Part shown: positions 32,785 through 44,474 of the stretch, in pieces
How the letters are laid out: each line of letters begins with the position of its first letter
Position numbering within the stretch: the first letter of the stretch is position 1
IMG/VR virus record: IMGVR_UViG_3300031760_000051
Location: 2,963 to 66,962 of that record
Length of the DNA stretch: 64,000 nt
Strand: one strand, 5' to 3'
DNA from: a virus
Translations under genes and position numbers: made by a program
Notes under the pieces: model-generated
The model's input: the letters and a program-made list of their open reading frames with translations, nothing else
Databases searched by the model: none
What the model was told of the DNA's origin: nothing

Positions 32785-35700
32785 TTATACTCCTCCTTCT
32801 ACTCTTGTTATTGAGATTGATACTGAAACAGTCAATGCTAAGTGGTTAATCGGGAATGTAACTGTAACTCTTGCCCAATATCCTGTACCATTCGGTTCTC
32901 GTACATATACATCACCTGGGAACACCTGAAGTTTCCTAAGCATCCTTATCGTTTCTTTATCGTACTTTGGTATTTCGGTACTCCAATTTGCTGTATAGCC
33001 TGTCTGAGTGCCGTAATATGATACAGGGTTTGCTCTACCAATATAACTTACCATTTCTGATTCCATATTAGCAGTTTCAGAAACGTCTACGTTATAAGGC
33101 AGTCTTACCATGTTGCCCATTTCTGGGAGTTCTGTATCACGTCCGTCATTTGGTTTGCTTGCGTAATATTCGTCCCACTGCAGGATAATATCAGTGCATT
33201 TCATATCGTACGGAGGTGGATCATAGAATGTCTGAGCACCACTTTCCATGTCTGTTGCAACGATTCGATAGTTTGCACCACCGAGATTTGGATGTGGGTC
33301 TGTTACGTTCATGCCTGTCGTGTTGTCGATATTTTCCGCAATAGGTACAAATGTACCGTCATCATTCTTTCGATAGACTGATAGTGTGACATTTTCAGCG
33401 AATGTTCGTCCACCGCCACTACCGCCACCAACTTTTGGGAATGGTATAGTTGTGGTCATTGATGGATTGGCATAAGGCATGCCTGCGTACTCAATTTCAG
33501 TAATACCCATATCAATCAAAGCGTTAATATAAAACTGTCCAACATACGGTTCCAGTTCAGTACGTTCGTTAGCGATTTCTTGAGTAATGACGAATGACTG
33601 GATAAGTGAATACTCAACAGACACCGAAATAGCATCATCTCTAGCATCAAGATAATCTGGATTTAGCATTTGTATAGCTATATATGGATCCACAACTACT
33701 GGAAAATCTTTTAAATAGTAAGAATTACTAATACGCATTAGATCCACACCTAACGCGGTTTTAGACATGATAGTTATACCTAAAGATTCGACGGTGTCGT
33801 ATGACGATTCGTATTCATGACCAGGTATATACACTTCTGGTTCAGTTCTGGTTTCTGAAGCGTCAGTAAACAACGGAATACAAGAAATACGTGACGCATT
33901 AACTGTACGGTCATAGCCCATACCAAGGATAACAACAGAAGGCCAATACTCGTCATTGCCATACATAATAAAATATCCGTCATCTCGATTCAAACTTGCC
34001 GTAGCTTTTGTTGATGCTATCCATAAACAATTATCTTTGCAGAACTGAGTAAATTCTGATAAAGTCATGTTATTGGCCTCAGCAAACTGTTTAGCTATAC
34101 CTTCAGACCACCCCGTTTCAGTTTCATTATCGTAATAATCTGAAGCAAGAATATAAACATCGAATCCACCCATTTCCGAACCGTCTCGATTGGATGACAA
34201 CACAAACCTATTGCCAGCATCGTTTAAATGAACAGCACCATTGTTATCGCTAAATGGAGATACTCCTTCTGGTAAATAAGACGGCATATTATCAATCATT
34301 TCAAGTGTAGGCCATGGATCTCCACCAGAACCGCCTTCATCATACTTAACAGCAGCAGGTATGAGATTTAAGCTCACATCATTTGGATTTACTGATCCTG
34401 TACACTCGATAATATAATCTTTAGCGCCCATATTAACAGTAAAGTCAAATACATCTACGGCACTTGATCCATTGTTGAGTGTGACGGTAGCCTCGAGAGT
34501 ATACCATACACCATTGTCAAGAGTTATGTCGCTTGCTGCGATTGTTCTTTCTTTATCTCTTGGATCTTCAACGTCAATTATAGAATACAACACATCTCCA
34601 GCTTTTATTACAACCGGATTGCCGTATCTGTCAAGTCTTCTATATGACTGTCTTGATAACACCTTGAAACTCATAGATGTTACAAGTATTTCGTTATAGT
34701 GACTATCGAAATATGTTGTTTCTGTTACATACTTAATTGGATAGCTTCCTACAACTGGTAAGTCATTAGTTTCGGAGTTTTCACCAATGTCTTTGATTCG
34801 TACGGTTAGGCCTGGTTTTTCGTGTACAGCAAAAGATATAATTTCAGACCAAGGTGAGCAGTTAGCCGCAATAGCAGCTCCGCCTTCGTATGTTACTGCC
34901 TTCCAATATATAACGGTTTCTTCATCAAATCCAGTGAGATCAAAGTTCACGTTATAAACAACATTACCATTCTGCTGGCCCTGTGGAGGGAGCACATCAA
35001 TCCTATTTTGAGGTGATGGCATGTCGTTTATTCCATAATATATAACACATAAGCAGCTTGGCGAACCATTTGGACTGTTATGCATTACACTTAACTGAAT
35101 ACTTGGGTCTCCAACTTCAGCAAATTCCGTAGCATTCCATACAATAGGAGCTCTAAGTCCATCGCTGAAACTTAAGGTGCTCTCGTCATCTACTGTAGAC
35201 CATGGAGAAAAGAATCCGTTGTTCTGAGCTGATAAAGACCTAGCACGATAATATGCCAAATCTCTTGCAACAGATAGAACATCTTCAACCCAATTCTTTG
35301 TAGCAACTGTCGCAGATTCCGCATCAGGTTCATGAAACCACTCAGCAACAATACCAAATCTGTCAGCTGCTGCCTTTCTCTGCTCTGAATCTCTCTTGTA
35401 TTGTGGGTTTTCTCTTTCCCATTCATCCATTTTGACGAAACAAGAAGTATCAGGAGCCATTTCAAGCTGGTATGAATATGCGTATGAAGTAGTAATTATA
35501 GTGTATTCTACTTGTGTACTACTAAACTTGTTCACTTTTAATTTAGGTTTCTTGCAAACGCCATAGAGCATTTCAGTCATTTCTGACCAATCTGACCTAA
35601 CTACTATAGGATCATCAGCGCCATCTCCGTGCTTTACTTTTACACTACAAAGTCTGGCTCTAAACTTGAACCCATAGGCGTTGCCAATACCAACTGTCGT

Positions 35701-36291
35701 TTTTGCATTTCCGAATTCGTCTATTAAAGCTTCCAGTGTTCTTGACACAGTACCAACTTCCATAGGGTCGTCGCTGTCAAAGACGATACACTGAAACTCA
35801 ACTTTTGTTACGAGGATGTTATTGCCCTCTAAAGACACATTCTCGAGCCCCAGAACCGCAGTGGTTCCGAGGTACGAGTCCTGTGTTACAGATGGTGCGG
35901 AAGGAGCGTCTGGCTTAGTACTTCCACCGAAATATTTGTTTACAGTGGTATAATACTCTTCCTCGAAATACACTCCTGATCCGTCCGTTCTGCTTTTGGA
36001 GATTGGGCGGAGCCTGAAATGAACATCCTCAACGGTCACAGGAAACTCCCAATAGAATTCCCATTCGCGTCTTGAAGGGTCTGCCTGTTCAACTGACTCT
36101 GAACTAAGATCAACCCATTGTATTGTTGAGTTCGAATCCAGATAAGAATACGAAGGCCATACTTCCCAATGATCGAGGTTTGGTGTCCAATAAGGATCGT
36201 TCCAAGACCATTTGAGCCATATTTTGCCTTCATGCTCTGAATCTGTAGCTATCTTAAATTCGGAGACGTCTATTGGATAAGAGCTCCGCAT
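32785..36291 (-). CDS. Large minor tail protein (FN3/Ig-like N-terminus, distal-tail-like C-terminus)
   Basis: After tape measure; LSVYRKNDDGTFV..DPHP..YRIVA..YIGRANPVSYYG..VYVREPNGTGYWA. Confidence 0.75.
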   Translation of the reverse strand: MRSSYPIDVSEFKIATDSEHEGKIWLKWSWNDPYWTPNLDHWEVWPSYSYLDSNSTIQWVDLSSESVEQADPSRREWEFYWEFPVTVEDVHFRLRPISKSRTDGSGVYFEEEYYTTVNKYFGGSTKPDAPSAPSVTQDSYLGTTAVLGLENVSLEGNNILVTKVEFQCIVFDSDDPMEVGTVSRTLEALIDEFGNAKTTVGIGNAYGFKFRARLCSVKVKHGDGADDPIVVRSDWSEMTEMLYGVCKKPKLKVNKFSSTQVEYTIITTSYAYSYQLEMAPDTSCFVKMDEWERENPQYKRDSEQRKAAADRFGIVAEWFHEPDAESATVATKNWVEDVLSVARDLAYYRARSLSAQNNGFFSPWSTVDDESTLSFSDGLRAPIVWNATEFAEVGDPSIQLSVMHNSPNGSPSCLCVIYYGINDMPSPQNRIDVLPPQGQQNGNVVYNVNFDLTGFDEETVIYWKAVTYEGGAAIAANCSPWSEIISFAVHEKPGLTVRIKDIGENSETNDLPVVGSYPIKYVTETTYFDSHYNEILVTSMSFKVLSRQSYRRLDRYGNPVVIKAGDVLYSIIDVEDPRDKERTIAASDITLDNGVWYTLEATVTLNNGSSAVDVFDFTVNMGAKDYIIECTGSVNPNDVSLNLIPAAVKYDEGGSGGDPWPTLEMIDNMPSYLPEGVSPFSDNNGAVHLNDAGNRFVLSSNRDGSEMGGFDVYILASDYYDNETETGWSEGIAKQFAEANNMTLSEFTQFCKDNCLWIASTKATASLNRDDGYFIMYGNDEYWPSVVILGMGYDRTVNASRISCIPLFTDASETRTEPEVYIPGHEYESSYDTVESLGITIMSKTALGVDLMRISNSYYLKDFPVVVDPYIAIQMLNPDYLDARDDAISVSVEYSLIQSFVITQEIANERTELEPYVGQFYINALIDMGITEIEYAGMPYANPSMTTTIPFPKVGGGSGGGRTFAENVTLSVYRKNDDGTFVPIAENIDNTTGMNVTDPHPNLGGANYRIVATDMESGAQTFYDPPPYDMKCTDIILQWDEYYASKPNDGRDTELPEMGNMVRLPYNVDVSETANMESEMVSYIGRANPVSYYGTQTGYTANWSTEIPKYDKETIRMLRKLQVFPGDVYVREPNGTGYWARVTVTFPINHLALTVSVSISITRVEGGV

Positions 36292-36307
36292 TATATGTCA
36301 ACTCCTT

Positions 36308-36634
36308 TTAAAAATTCGATATATCCATGCCGTTAAGCATTTCCTGCATCTTTGAGTTAAGGTCCATATCAAGTCCACTTCCAGAAGTTATACTCGATAA
36401 GTCAAGACCTTCTCCAAGATTAAAGTCAGAAAGATTACTAAACTGAGTCATTTCGGATAATTTGCCTGTAAGACCTGAAGTAATCTGATCTTTATATTTT
36501 GTAGCTATTCCGCCAACTTTATCGCTGATTATACCTTTAACATCAAAAGACCCCAACTGTGAAGTCAGGGCCCCTGTGATGTTACCAGTTAATCCGCCAA
36601 GTTTGCTACCGATGTCAGGGATATTGATATTCAT
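36308..36634 (-). CDS. Small G/L/S-rich hypothetical protein
   Basis: Start revised to MNINIP after GGAGG. Confidence 0.6.
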   Translation of the reverse strand: MNINIPDIGSKLGGLTGNITGALTSQLGSFDVKGIISDKVGGIATKYKDQITSGLTGKLSEMTQFSNLSDFNLGEGLDLSSITSGSGLDMDLNSKMQEMLNGMDISNF

Positions 36635-36635
36635 A

Positions 36636-39600
36636 TCATGACCTCCTTGCAATATTAGCAGCATAGATTAACTGTCCGACAGCAGATGCAATATTTGATC
36701 CGTCGTCATAAGTTATTCCATTTATGTTATAGTTGTTTACTGATGGTGTACCGAGAATATCACCAAGTGAGTTAAGAGTATCAACTACATCACTTGTGTT
36801 CATATCATGGGATACACTTAAGTTTCTTGATGCGAGTCCGATAATACTATTGTCGAGCATACCATTGATATATCCAAATCCATTTTGAACTTCTGACATA
36901 TCGAGTACAGGAGTTATTGTTGGATTGAATGTATCCTGATCAAGAGCGTTGTAGGTATTCATAAGAGCGTTGTTTATCGCTGTTACAGACTCTTCGGAAA
37001 GGGTATCTGAAGCATCCTGTACCATCGAAAGCGTGCTCATCATACCGTTTACAAGACCTTCTCCAACATATGCACCTATACCGAATGTAAGTCTTGATGG
37101 TGATTTCTCGTCAAGGTTCTTCATCATTCGAGGGCCTATGAAGTCAGTCATATCGTCTACAGCATTCTGAGTTTCTCTTATCTTTGAGTTGATGCCGTTT
37201 ATAAATCCTTGTGCTACATTACCACCGATTCTAAATGTGTCATTAGCATATGCTTCGAGTATAGAATAAGCGGCGTTACAAAGCATTCTCATGGCATCTT
37301 CCAAATATGGTATCTTGGCTTCGAATCCATCGTGAATATCTTCGACCATGTGTCTGCCTACAAACTTCATTCGGTAAACTCCATTGAAACGATATGCTTC
37401 TTCAAGAGCCGTTGCGAATTTGGAAACTGCCTCAGCACATTTAGCGTATGATCCTTCAAATGCTTCACAGAATCCATCGACAGATATCTGACCGAGATTA
37501 GCAAGACTTCCGCCATATGCATCTAAGTTACCGAAATCGATAGCAGATGCGTTTGAAAGAGCCTTCGTCATAAGGTCGAGTGATGTAGCAGATGAAGCTA
37601 TATTCTGAGATGATACACCTTCGAGTGGTTTAGCAAATGCGGCTATAGACTCACCGAGAACAGTCATTCGACCAGTGAAATCGTTTGTATCGTTGTATGT
37701 TAAGAATTTATCGAGATATGCCATTCTGTCGTCATCGTTTGTTGGAAGATGATCAAGGACACTCTCTAAGCTTTCGAATATTGTTACAATCTTACCATTT
37801 TGAAATAATGCTGTAGCACTACCGTTTAAATCCTTGTTAATACTAATCATTGCAGCCGTAAGAGTTCTTATATCTGCTGCAAACATGGTTATATCAGTTC
37901 TTGGTATCGAAAGGAGATTCTGTAACCAACCATTTTCGGTAGCTGGTATCTTTTCAACAGCAGCACCCATGGCCTCTATACAAGCACCATAGTTATCAAA
38001 CATCTCTTTCTTCCATTCGTGTGTGCTTATTGATTCATTAACTATATTCATTGAATTAGCTAATGTTTCAAGCTGCGTACCGAATGTTGCAGGATCGTTC
38101 TCACCAAATATCTTACCAACAAGACCGCCGCTATTCGGAATAGCATCTGCAGCCTTAGCAAGTTTGGTTATACAATACGCAAATATATCAGTTCTTTCTT
38201 TTGCTTCATCTGTCCAGTATGTCTTTCGAAGTTCCATACCTTTCATGAACGCACCGACTTTATCTACTGCTGTAACCATGTCGTCCATGAATGCAGTGAG
38301 ATTCTTTTCACCAAGTATAGCCTGCTTAAGTCCACCTGTACCGTACAGTAATTTCTGTAATTCGATCATAGGTTTCAGGCAAGCGCAAACCTGTTTGATA
38401 ATACTTTCGTCGTTTATCCAGTTAGGTTTGAACATTGTGCCGTCATCGAGTTCGACACCCTTTTCGATTACTGCTATAAATTTACCTGCACCTGTTGCGA
38501 AATCTGCAAGCTGACTACCAAATGATGCTAAGTCTTTTTCGCCAAGGAAGAACTGTAATACGCCATTTGAACCATACATCATAAGCTGAAGTTCAAGTAT
38601 CGGTTTGATACAATCTGCAAACTTCTTAACGGCGTCAGGGTCAAGAGAAGCTTCATTCATGGCACTAAGCATAGAGCTAATACCACCAGCTAATTTCTCG
38701 CCCATCGTTCCGAATGTTTCGAATATTGGTTCAGATATTCCAAGTGCTTCAATTATCTCGTTAAGTACTGTAAGTTTGCCAAGCTCTGTTACTATATCCA
38801 TGAAATCAGAAACGATGGTCAATGATCCCTCTCGTCCTTCTGTTGCCGCGCTTATGGAGTCGATGAAGCTTCCTATATTCTTTCCTATCTCTGGAAGTTT
38901 GCTTGTGACATTTAATACGCTATTGAGTACTTCTGGCTGATTAAACCATATAGCTAAATCACCAACAAGAATAGCTCCAAATGCTGCAAGGAATTCTGTA
39001 ACAAGACCAACAAGAGCGAATATACCGGTTGCCTTTGCTGCTGATCCGAAGTCTACTCCATCAGTTAATTTTGAAACGCCTATAAGTACTGCTGCGATTA
39101 CGCCAATAGACATAAGTACTGCACAGAGGGCTAATGCTTTTTCGAGTATATTATCACCATGTACATCATTAAGTGCTGGCATTACCTTCTCTGATACACC
39201 CCAAGCCACAGCTCCAACTACAACGAGTATTCCGCCGTCACTAAGTATGGTTTTAACTATCTCGCCGGGCTTCATATCTTTGAATACGGTTCCGACACCT
39301 GTCATAAATGCAGCAACGACCGCAACAGCTCCAAGTATCATGCAAAGTGCTCCAGCTTTAGGTAATATCTTGTAGCTTCCGACACCATTGAGTGCTGGCA
39401 TTAGCCAGTTAGCTATTCCTGTTGCTACAGCCCCTACAACTACAAACATACCGCCTGTACCAAGATACTGTCCTAACACTCCTTCGCCTGTAGGTGCGTT
39501 CTTTGCAAATATAGCGAGTAAACCACCTATAACAGCCATAGAAGCCATTATTGCGATGAGATTGCCAATTACAGTCCAGTCTACGGCAGTAAGTTCCATA

Positions 39601-42600
39601 GCGTTTATAGCTTTTAATACTGCTCCTGCTTCTGCTGCAATAAAGCCCATGGCGATACATATACCAACTAGATTATTTGCGGCTGGCTTAATATCAGTGC
39701 CACCTATCTTAGCAGCTATCACGCCTATCGCAGAGGCCATAAGACCCATCATAAGCATAATAACAAGAATCTGAGTAAGTGCTTTGAAGTCAATAGACGG
39801 AACACCTATGGCACCAAGCGCAACTATTATTGCCGCAGCCTCTAAAAGAAGTAAGCCCATAGCGTAGCAAGTCTTTCGAATGATAGTTACTGTATCCGAT
39901 AACTTATCGTTGTATTCTATTTTACTTGCGATTTTAGTAATAAGTGCTGAAAGTAATGCAATAGCAATAACTGTAGCAACTGCCGCACCCATTTTGACGA
40001 TATCGTTCTTAACATCGCCACCTTCTGATTTACCATGTATAAGTGTAAGAGCCGCATAGACAGCAATACACAATCCAGCCAGTCCAGCAGTTAACGCGAG
40101 AAGTGATTTTATAGTTCCTGCTGGTAACGCTGTTCTTGGTGCGTTCTTCATCATCAAAGAAGTAGCTATAGATATTGCAACCACAAACATTGCTACTGTA
40201 GTAAACATCATGATAAGTTTATTACTATCTAATGACGATCCACCGCCAAGGAACATTGAGAAGACTGGGTTTTTCGAAAGCTGTTCTACACCGACCATTG
40301 CACCAGCCATTGCAGCCATCATACCTATTATAATCACGACGAAACCGAATATCGAGAATAAAGCGCCCTTATCGACACCGTATCCTGCATTCTTGTCGTA
40401 TACCATTTTTGAAGCTGCCCAGAACATAAAACCTATCGCTAAGAGTACAGCTACAACAGCACCTATACCCTGTATAATAATTTTCGTATCAAGAGATCCA
40501 AGAGCTATTGCGACACCAGCGAGTAATGCTACTATAATACCTGCTGCTATGATTACAGACTTAGCACTTCCTATGTCACCGTGGTTTAACACTGACGACA
40601 TGAAAGTTAATATCGAGAACATGCCAAGAATTATCGCTATTGAACCTACTGCTCGTTTAAGCCCATTTGGATCCTTCGAGCCAATCATCGTAAGCAATGC
40701 GATTACAGGCACCATTACGGCCATCATCAGTGTTGCAGCTGTGATGAGTACTGCACCCTTAACTGCGTATTTGCCTGCCATTTTTGAAGCTATGAGCATC
40801 CACGAGAACATAGAACTTATCGATGTCAGTACGCTAAACGCATAGTCAACATCGTGTAATTTAAGTACGTTGATCTCTTTAACAACGAGAGGAATAAGTA
40901 AGAATGCTCCCATCCAACTCATTATTGCAAGGCCTGCGTTACCACCTTTTCCTATTCGAGAAATAATAGCAACGGCAGTTATCATACTCATCATTGTGAG
41001 GATAACTTTAAGTGCGTTTTTGTATTCTTCAGGTGTTACTTCTGCTGCAGTTTTAACCATTTTGACGAGAATTGCAACGGCGAGTGCAGCGGCAAGAGCA
41101 GTAATACCTAAACCACCAGAACCAGTGAAGTTTCGTCTATGACCTGACATAGAAGCTTCCATGAGTATCGAAAGCATGAGCATCATTGTAGTTACAACAG
41201 CTAAGCCTCTCTTGATTATACCCATGTCCAATTCTCCAGCTGTCTTCATGGCATCTACCATACGCTTTACAGAGAATGATACACCCCAAAGAACAGCGCC
41301 AAGTCCTGGTAAGTCTATTTTATCGTTGTTAATCGTGTATAACTTGTGTATTACTACTAAGAATAAAGTAACAAGACCCATTACCGCAGTAAGTGCGAGT
41401 GTTGCAGAACCTATCTGATCAGGTGTTAAATCCTTGAATGATACGAGTGCCTTAGAAACTATTGCAACCATTGCAGCCATGCCTAAGAGAAGACCAAACG
41501 CACCTTCGACTTTGAGTAATGACTGATCTTTAAGTCCTCTGCCTATTACGTATGTGAGCGCCTGTAATGCAAGAATAAGAACTACAACTGCAGTTACACC
41601 CTTTGCAATATCGGTGCCTTTCATTGTACCTATATTCCTAATAGCGAAAGACATAACAAGTAATGCTGCTGCGACTTTCAAGAAGTTATTAACAACAAGA
41701 GAAGTTTTCTTAGCATCCACATATTTAGCTACAGATGTACCAACTTTGCCCCAAGATTTGAAGAATCCAGCAAGAGCGTCCATTGGTTTCTCGAATATAA
41801 ATAATACAGATGTAATCTTCTCTGTAATCTTAAGAAGCATAAATATAAAGCTTCCTGCGATAAGTGTAGCTGGATTTACTTTTTCGACAACCCATTCAAA
41901 TGCTGTCTTTAAAGCTTCTCCTATACCACTGAAAGCTGATTTAAATACAAATACAAACTTATTAGTTATCTTATCTTTAACTTTTTCGCCAACATTCGAG
42001 TCTGTTCCTTCTTTGTCTAAGCTATTGCTGATAGTTTCTCCAATGTTAGTCTTTATGTTTCCAGCAACAGATGCAAGCTGCTCGGTAACCTTTTTAGCTG
42101 CTTCTTTAGGGTTTATACTTTCTGCTATGGCTGTTCCAGGATCTTTATCGCCGAACAGTTTGCTGAATAAACCACCGAACTTTTCACTTGCTACTGTTTT
42201 TATTTCGTTAAGTAAGTCTATAAGTCCGTTAGTTATACCATTTTCGAATATTGGAAGTTCCCTAAGTTTATTAAAGAGCCATGTTATCTTTTCGCCAAGT
42301 AAATCGATTCCAGGACCTACTTTATTGAGAAGATAATCAACAATATCGTTGTCATGCATCCACTGTCTTAGTGCTCCTGTACCGTTAGCAAGAGACTCGA
42401 ACAAAGGTCCAACTTCGATATTGAGTGATTTAAGAAGTCTAGAAATAAGACCGAAACCCAATCTTAAACCTGAACTTACTACAAGTCTTATCGAATCGAA
42501 TACATTAAATAAAGTTATAAATACATTCTTTAAATTAGAAGCTTTTTCTTCATTAAGTATAAGACTCTGAGTAAACTTGTTGAATGCTTCTATTCCGTTG

Positions 42601-44474
42601 TATAAATCGTCGCCAGTAAAAGGTGCAAATACAGCCTGATATGCTTCTGCTATTGGTTTAACTACTGATTTAATAGCTCTACCAATGTTATATAAGCTAT
42701 CGATAAGAAGATCTCTACCAGAAGCTTTCTGAATAGAATCTATCCAATCGTTGAGCTCTGAATCAGTATCTTTGAGCTGTACTTCGAGTTCTTTATAAGC
42801 TTCGATTTCTGCTTTCGTAAGACCAAGAGAACGTAAATCCTCTTCGCTTAGATCTTCCATGGTTAAAGCATAGCCACTCTTTGCGTCCTGAACAAGATTT
42901 ACAAGACGCTGAACTCGTTCATATTCGTAGCCCTCTGCTTCGAGAGCTTTCTGTCTTTCTTTGTTCCAACTCTGATTGCCGTAATCACCCTGCCAAACAT
43001 CGTTAACTACTTTCTGGAATGTTTTGAGTTTATCAGTAGCTGACATCTGGGTTTCGGTGTATTTAGCATTTTCTCGAACAGCTTCTTTTAATGCTTCTCT
43101 GGTAAGATTGATATAACCGAATGAATCAAGGCCTTCTTTCTTTATACCCTGCATCATCGCGGTGTAATCTCCACCAAAACGTTCGAGAAGGGCATCAAAC
43201 TCAGATATGTCTTTGATTATGCCTTTTGATGCATAAGTTTTAGCAAGTGCATTGTTTATTGTGTCTATGCCCATACCAGCCTTGCTAAATGCACCAACAA
43301 TCTCATTCCATTTTGACGGTGAACCGAGTGCAGTTTCAAGAAGATTGTTTCGAGCATTTGCCATCTTGTCGAGAAGTGGAGAAATTACGTCGTTGACAGA
43401 TGTAAAAAACTCTTTCGCCTTATCATAGTCACCAACGATTATTTCCCAAGTCTTACCCCAACCAGACTGTGCAGTTTCCTTGAGAGTATCCCAAAGCTGT
43501 GAGAACGTTTTAACCTTTGTTGCGGCATCTTCCATTCTCTGAGCCTGTTCCATGAGAGCCTTATTAGCGTCCATGGTATACTCACCGTTCTGCATCATTG
43601 CTTCGCCGTATTCTTTAGCGCCACTTACTGTAAACTTTCGTAATGTGGTAGAAAGAACATCAGCAGTGATCCAACCCTTCTGGAGTGAGTTTCTGAATGA
43701 GCCTTCTGCTTCGATAATAGCGTCGACATCAGTGCCCATTTCTTTCGCAGTCTCTTTTAACGCATCCTGAAACAGTGTACCACCCATACCAGCGTTTACT
43801 ACAGAGTTCCAGTCCTGTAATTTAAGAGAACCAGCAGATAACGCCTGTGAAAGCTGATACATTGCCGTACTAGCCTGTTGAGCTGTCGAACCAGAAGCTG
43901 CTGCAAGGTTAGCAATACCCTGAATACTATTCGTAGATGTTTCAAGATCAAGACCTGCAGCTGTAAACGTACCTACATTTCGAGTCATCTGCTGGAAATT
44001 GTAAATAGTTTTATCTGCGTAAAGGTTTAATCGGTCAAGAGCATCTACTACATCGTTGAGGGTTGTGCCATGTTTTGCAGTATTTGTGAGGATCGTCTGA
44101 ATTGATCCCATCTTTGTTTCATACTCCTGAAAGCCGGTCTTAACTGGTTCAAGAGTAAGAGCGTTAATCATGTTCTTGCCAGCTTTTATTGCTGAATTTG
44201 TAAGATTAACCAGACATGTTGCGCCTATTACTTCAAGTGACGAGAATTCACGCTGAATACTCTGTACACCACTGTTTAATACATTAATGTTCTTGCTTAA
44301 TATATTAGTGTTAGAAGAAATATTCTCGAAACCTTTTGATGCTCCTCTAAAGTCAAGAGAGGATTTAAGTTTTTCGAGAGTTGTTAATGACTGTTTCGTT
44401 TTTCTTTCGAACGAGCCATTATCGAACGTCATTTTAAGGACGCGTTCTTCGACCTGTTTACTATCTAAACTCAT
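36636..44474 (-). CDS. Tail tape measure protein (2612 aa)
   Basis: Size and position; LNLYADKTIYNF..QLSQALSAG.LKLQDWNSV tape-measure domain; long hydrophobic helical repeats. Confidence 0.95.
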   Translation of the reverse strand: MSLDSKQVEERVLKMTFDNGSFERKTKQSLTTLEKLKSSLDFRGASKGFENISSNTNILSKNINVLNSGVQSIQREFSSLEVIGATCLVNLTNSAIKAGKNMINALTLEPVKTGFQEYETKMGSIQTILTNTAKHGTTLNDVVDALDRLNLYADKTIYNFQQMTRNVGTFTAAGLDLETSTNSIQGIANLAAASGSTAQQASTAMYQLSQALSAGSLKLQDWNSVVNAGMGGTLFQDALKETAKEMGTDVDAIIEAEGSFRNSLQKGWITADVLSTTLRKFTVSGAKEYGEAMMQNGEYTMDANKALMEQAQRMEDAATKVKTFSQLWDTLKETAQSGWGKTWEIIVGDYDKAKEFFTSVNDVISPLLDKMANARNNLLETALGSPSKWNEIVGAFSKAGMGIDTINNALAKTYASKGIIKDISEFDALLERFGGDYTAMMQGIKKEGLDSFGYINLTREALKEAVRENAKYTETQMSATDKLKTFQKVVNDVWQGDYGNQSWNKERQKALEAEGYEYERVQRLVNLVQDAKSGYALTMEDLSEEDLRSLGLTKAEIEAYKELEVQLKDTDSELNDWIDSIQKASGRDLLIDSLYNIGRAIKSVVKPIAEAYQAVFAPFTGDDLYNGIEAFNKFTQSLILNEEKASNLKNVFITLFNVFDSIRLVVSSGLRLGFGLISRLLKSLNIEVGPLFESLANGTGALRQWMHDNDIVDYLLNKVGPGIDLLGEKITWLFNKLRELPIFENGITNGLIDLLNEIKTVASEKFGGLFSKLFGDKDPGTAIAESINPKEAAKKVTEQLASVAGNIKTNIGETISNSLDKEGTDSNVGEKVKDKITNKFVFVFKSAFSGIGEALKTAFEWVVEKVNPATLIAGSFIFMLLKITEKITSVLFIFEKPMDALAGFFKSWGKVGTSVAKYVDAKKTSLVVNNFLKVAAALLVMSFAIRNIGTMKGTDIAKGVTAVVVLILALQALTYVIGRGLKDQSLLKVEGAFGLLLGMAAMVAIVSKALVSFKDLTPDQIGSATLALTAVMGLVTLFLVVIHKLYTINNDKIDLPGLGAVLWGVSFSVKRMVDAMKTAGELDMGIIKRGLAVVTTMMLMLSILMEASMSGHRRNFTGSGGLGITALAAALAVAILVKMVKTAAEVTPEEYKNALKVILTMMSMITAVAIISRIGKGGNAGLAIMSWMGAFLLIPLVVKEINVLKLHDVDYAFSVLTSISSMFSWMLIASKMAGKYAVKGAVLITAATLMMAVMVPVIALLTMIGSKDPNGLKRAVGSIAIILGMFSILTFMSSVLNHGDIGSAKSVIIAAGIIVALLAGVAIALGSLDTKIIIQGIGAVVAVLLAIGFMFWAASKMVYDKNAGYGVDKGALFSIFGFVVIIIGMMAAMAGAMVGVEQLSKNPVFSMFLGGGSSLDSNKLIMMFTTVAMFVVAISIATSLMMKNAPRTALPAGTIKSLLALTAGLAGLCIAVYAALTLIHGKSEGGDVKNDIVKMGAAVATVIAIALLSALITKIASKIEYNDKLSDTVTIIRKTCYAMGLLLLEAAAIIVALGAIGVPSIDFKALTQILVIMLMMGLMASAIGVIAAKIGGTDIKPAANNLVGICIAMGFIAAEAGAVLKAINAMELTAVDWTVIGNLIAIMASMAVIGGLLAIFAKNAPTGEGVLGQYLGTGGMFVVVGAVATGIANWLMPALNGVGSYKILPKAGALCMILGAVAVVAAFMTGVGTVFKDMKPGEIVKTILSDGGILVVVGAVAWGVSEKVMPALNDVHGDNILEKALALCAVLMSIGVIAAVLIGVSKLTDGVDFGSAAKATGIFALVGLVTEFLAAFGAILVGDLAIWFNQPEVLNSVLNVTSKLPEIGKNIGSFIDSISAATEGREGSLTIVSDFMDIVTELGKLTVLNEIIEALGISEPIFETFGTMGEKLAGGISSMLSAMNEASLDPDAVKKFADCIKPILELQLMMYGSNGVLQFFLGEKDLASFGSQLADFATGAGKFIAVIEKGVELDDGTMFKPNWINDESIIKQVCACLKPMIELQKLLYGTGGLKQAILGEKNLTAFMDDMVTAVDKVGAFMKGMELRKTYWTDEAKERTDIFAYCITKLAKAADAIPNSGGLVGKIFGENDPATFGTQLETLANSMNIVNESISTHEWKKEMFDNYGACIEAMGAAVEKIPATENGWLQNLLSIPRTDITMFAADIRTLTAAMISINKDLNGSATALFQNGKIVTIFESLESVLDHLPTNDDDRMAYLDKFLTYNDTNDFTGRMTVLGESIAAFAKPLEGVSSQNIASSATSLDLMTKALSNASAIDFGNLDAYGGSLANLGQISVDGFCEAFEGSYAKCAEAVSKFATALEEAYRFNGVYRMKFVGRHMVEDIHDGFEAKIPYLEDAMRMLCNAAYSILEAYANDTFRIGGNVAQGFINGINSKIRETQNAVDDMTDFIGPRMMKNLDEKSPSRLTFGIGAYVGEGLVNGMMSTLSMVQDASDTLSEESVTAINNALMNTYNALDQDTFNPTITPVLDMSEVQNGFGYINGMLDNSIIGLASRNLSVSHDMNTSDVVDTLNSLGDILGTPSVNNYNINGITYDDGSNIASAVGQLIYAANIARRS

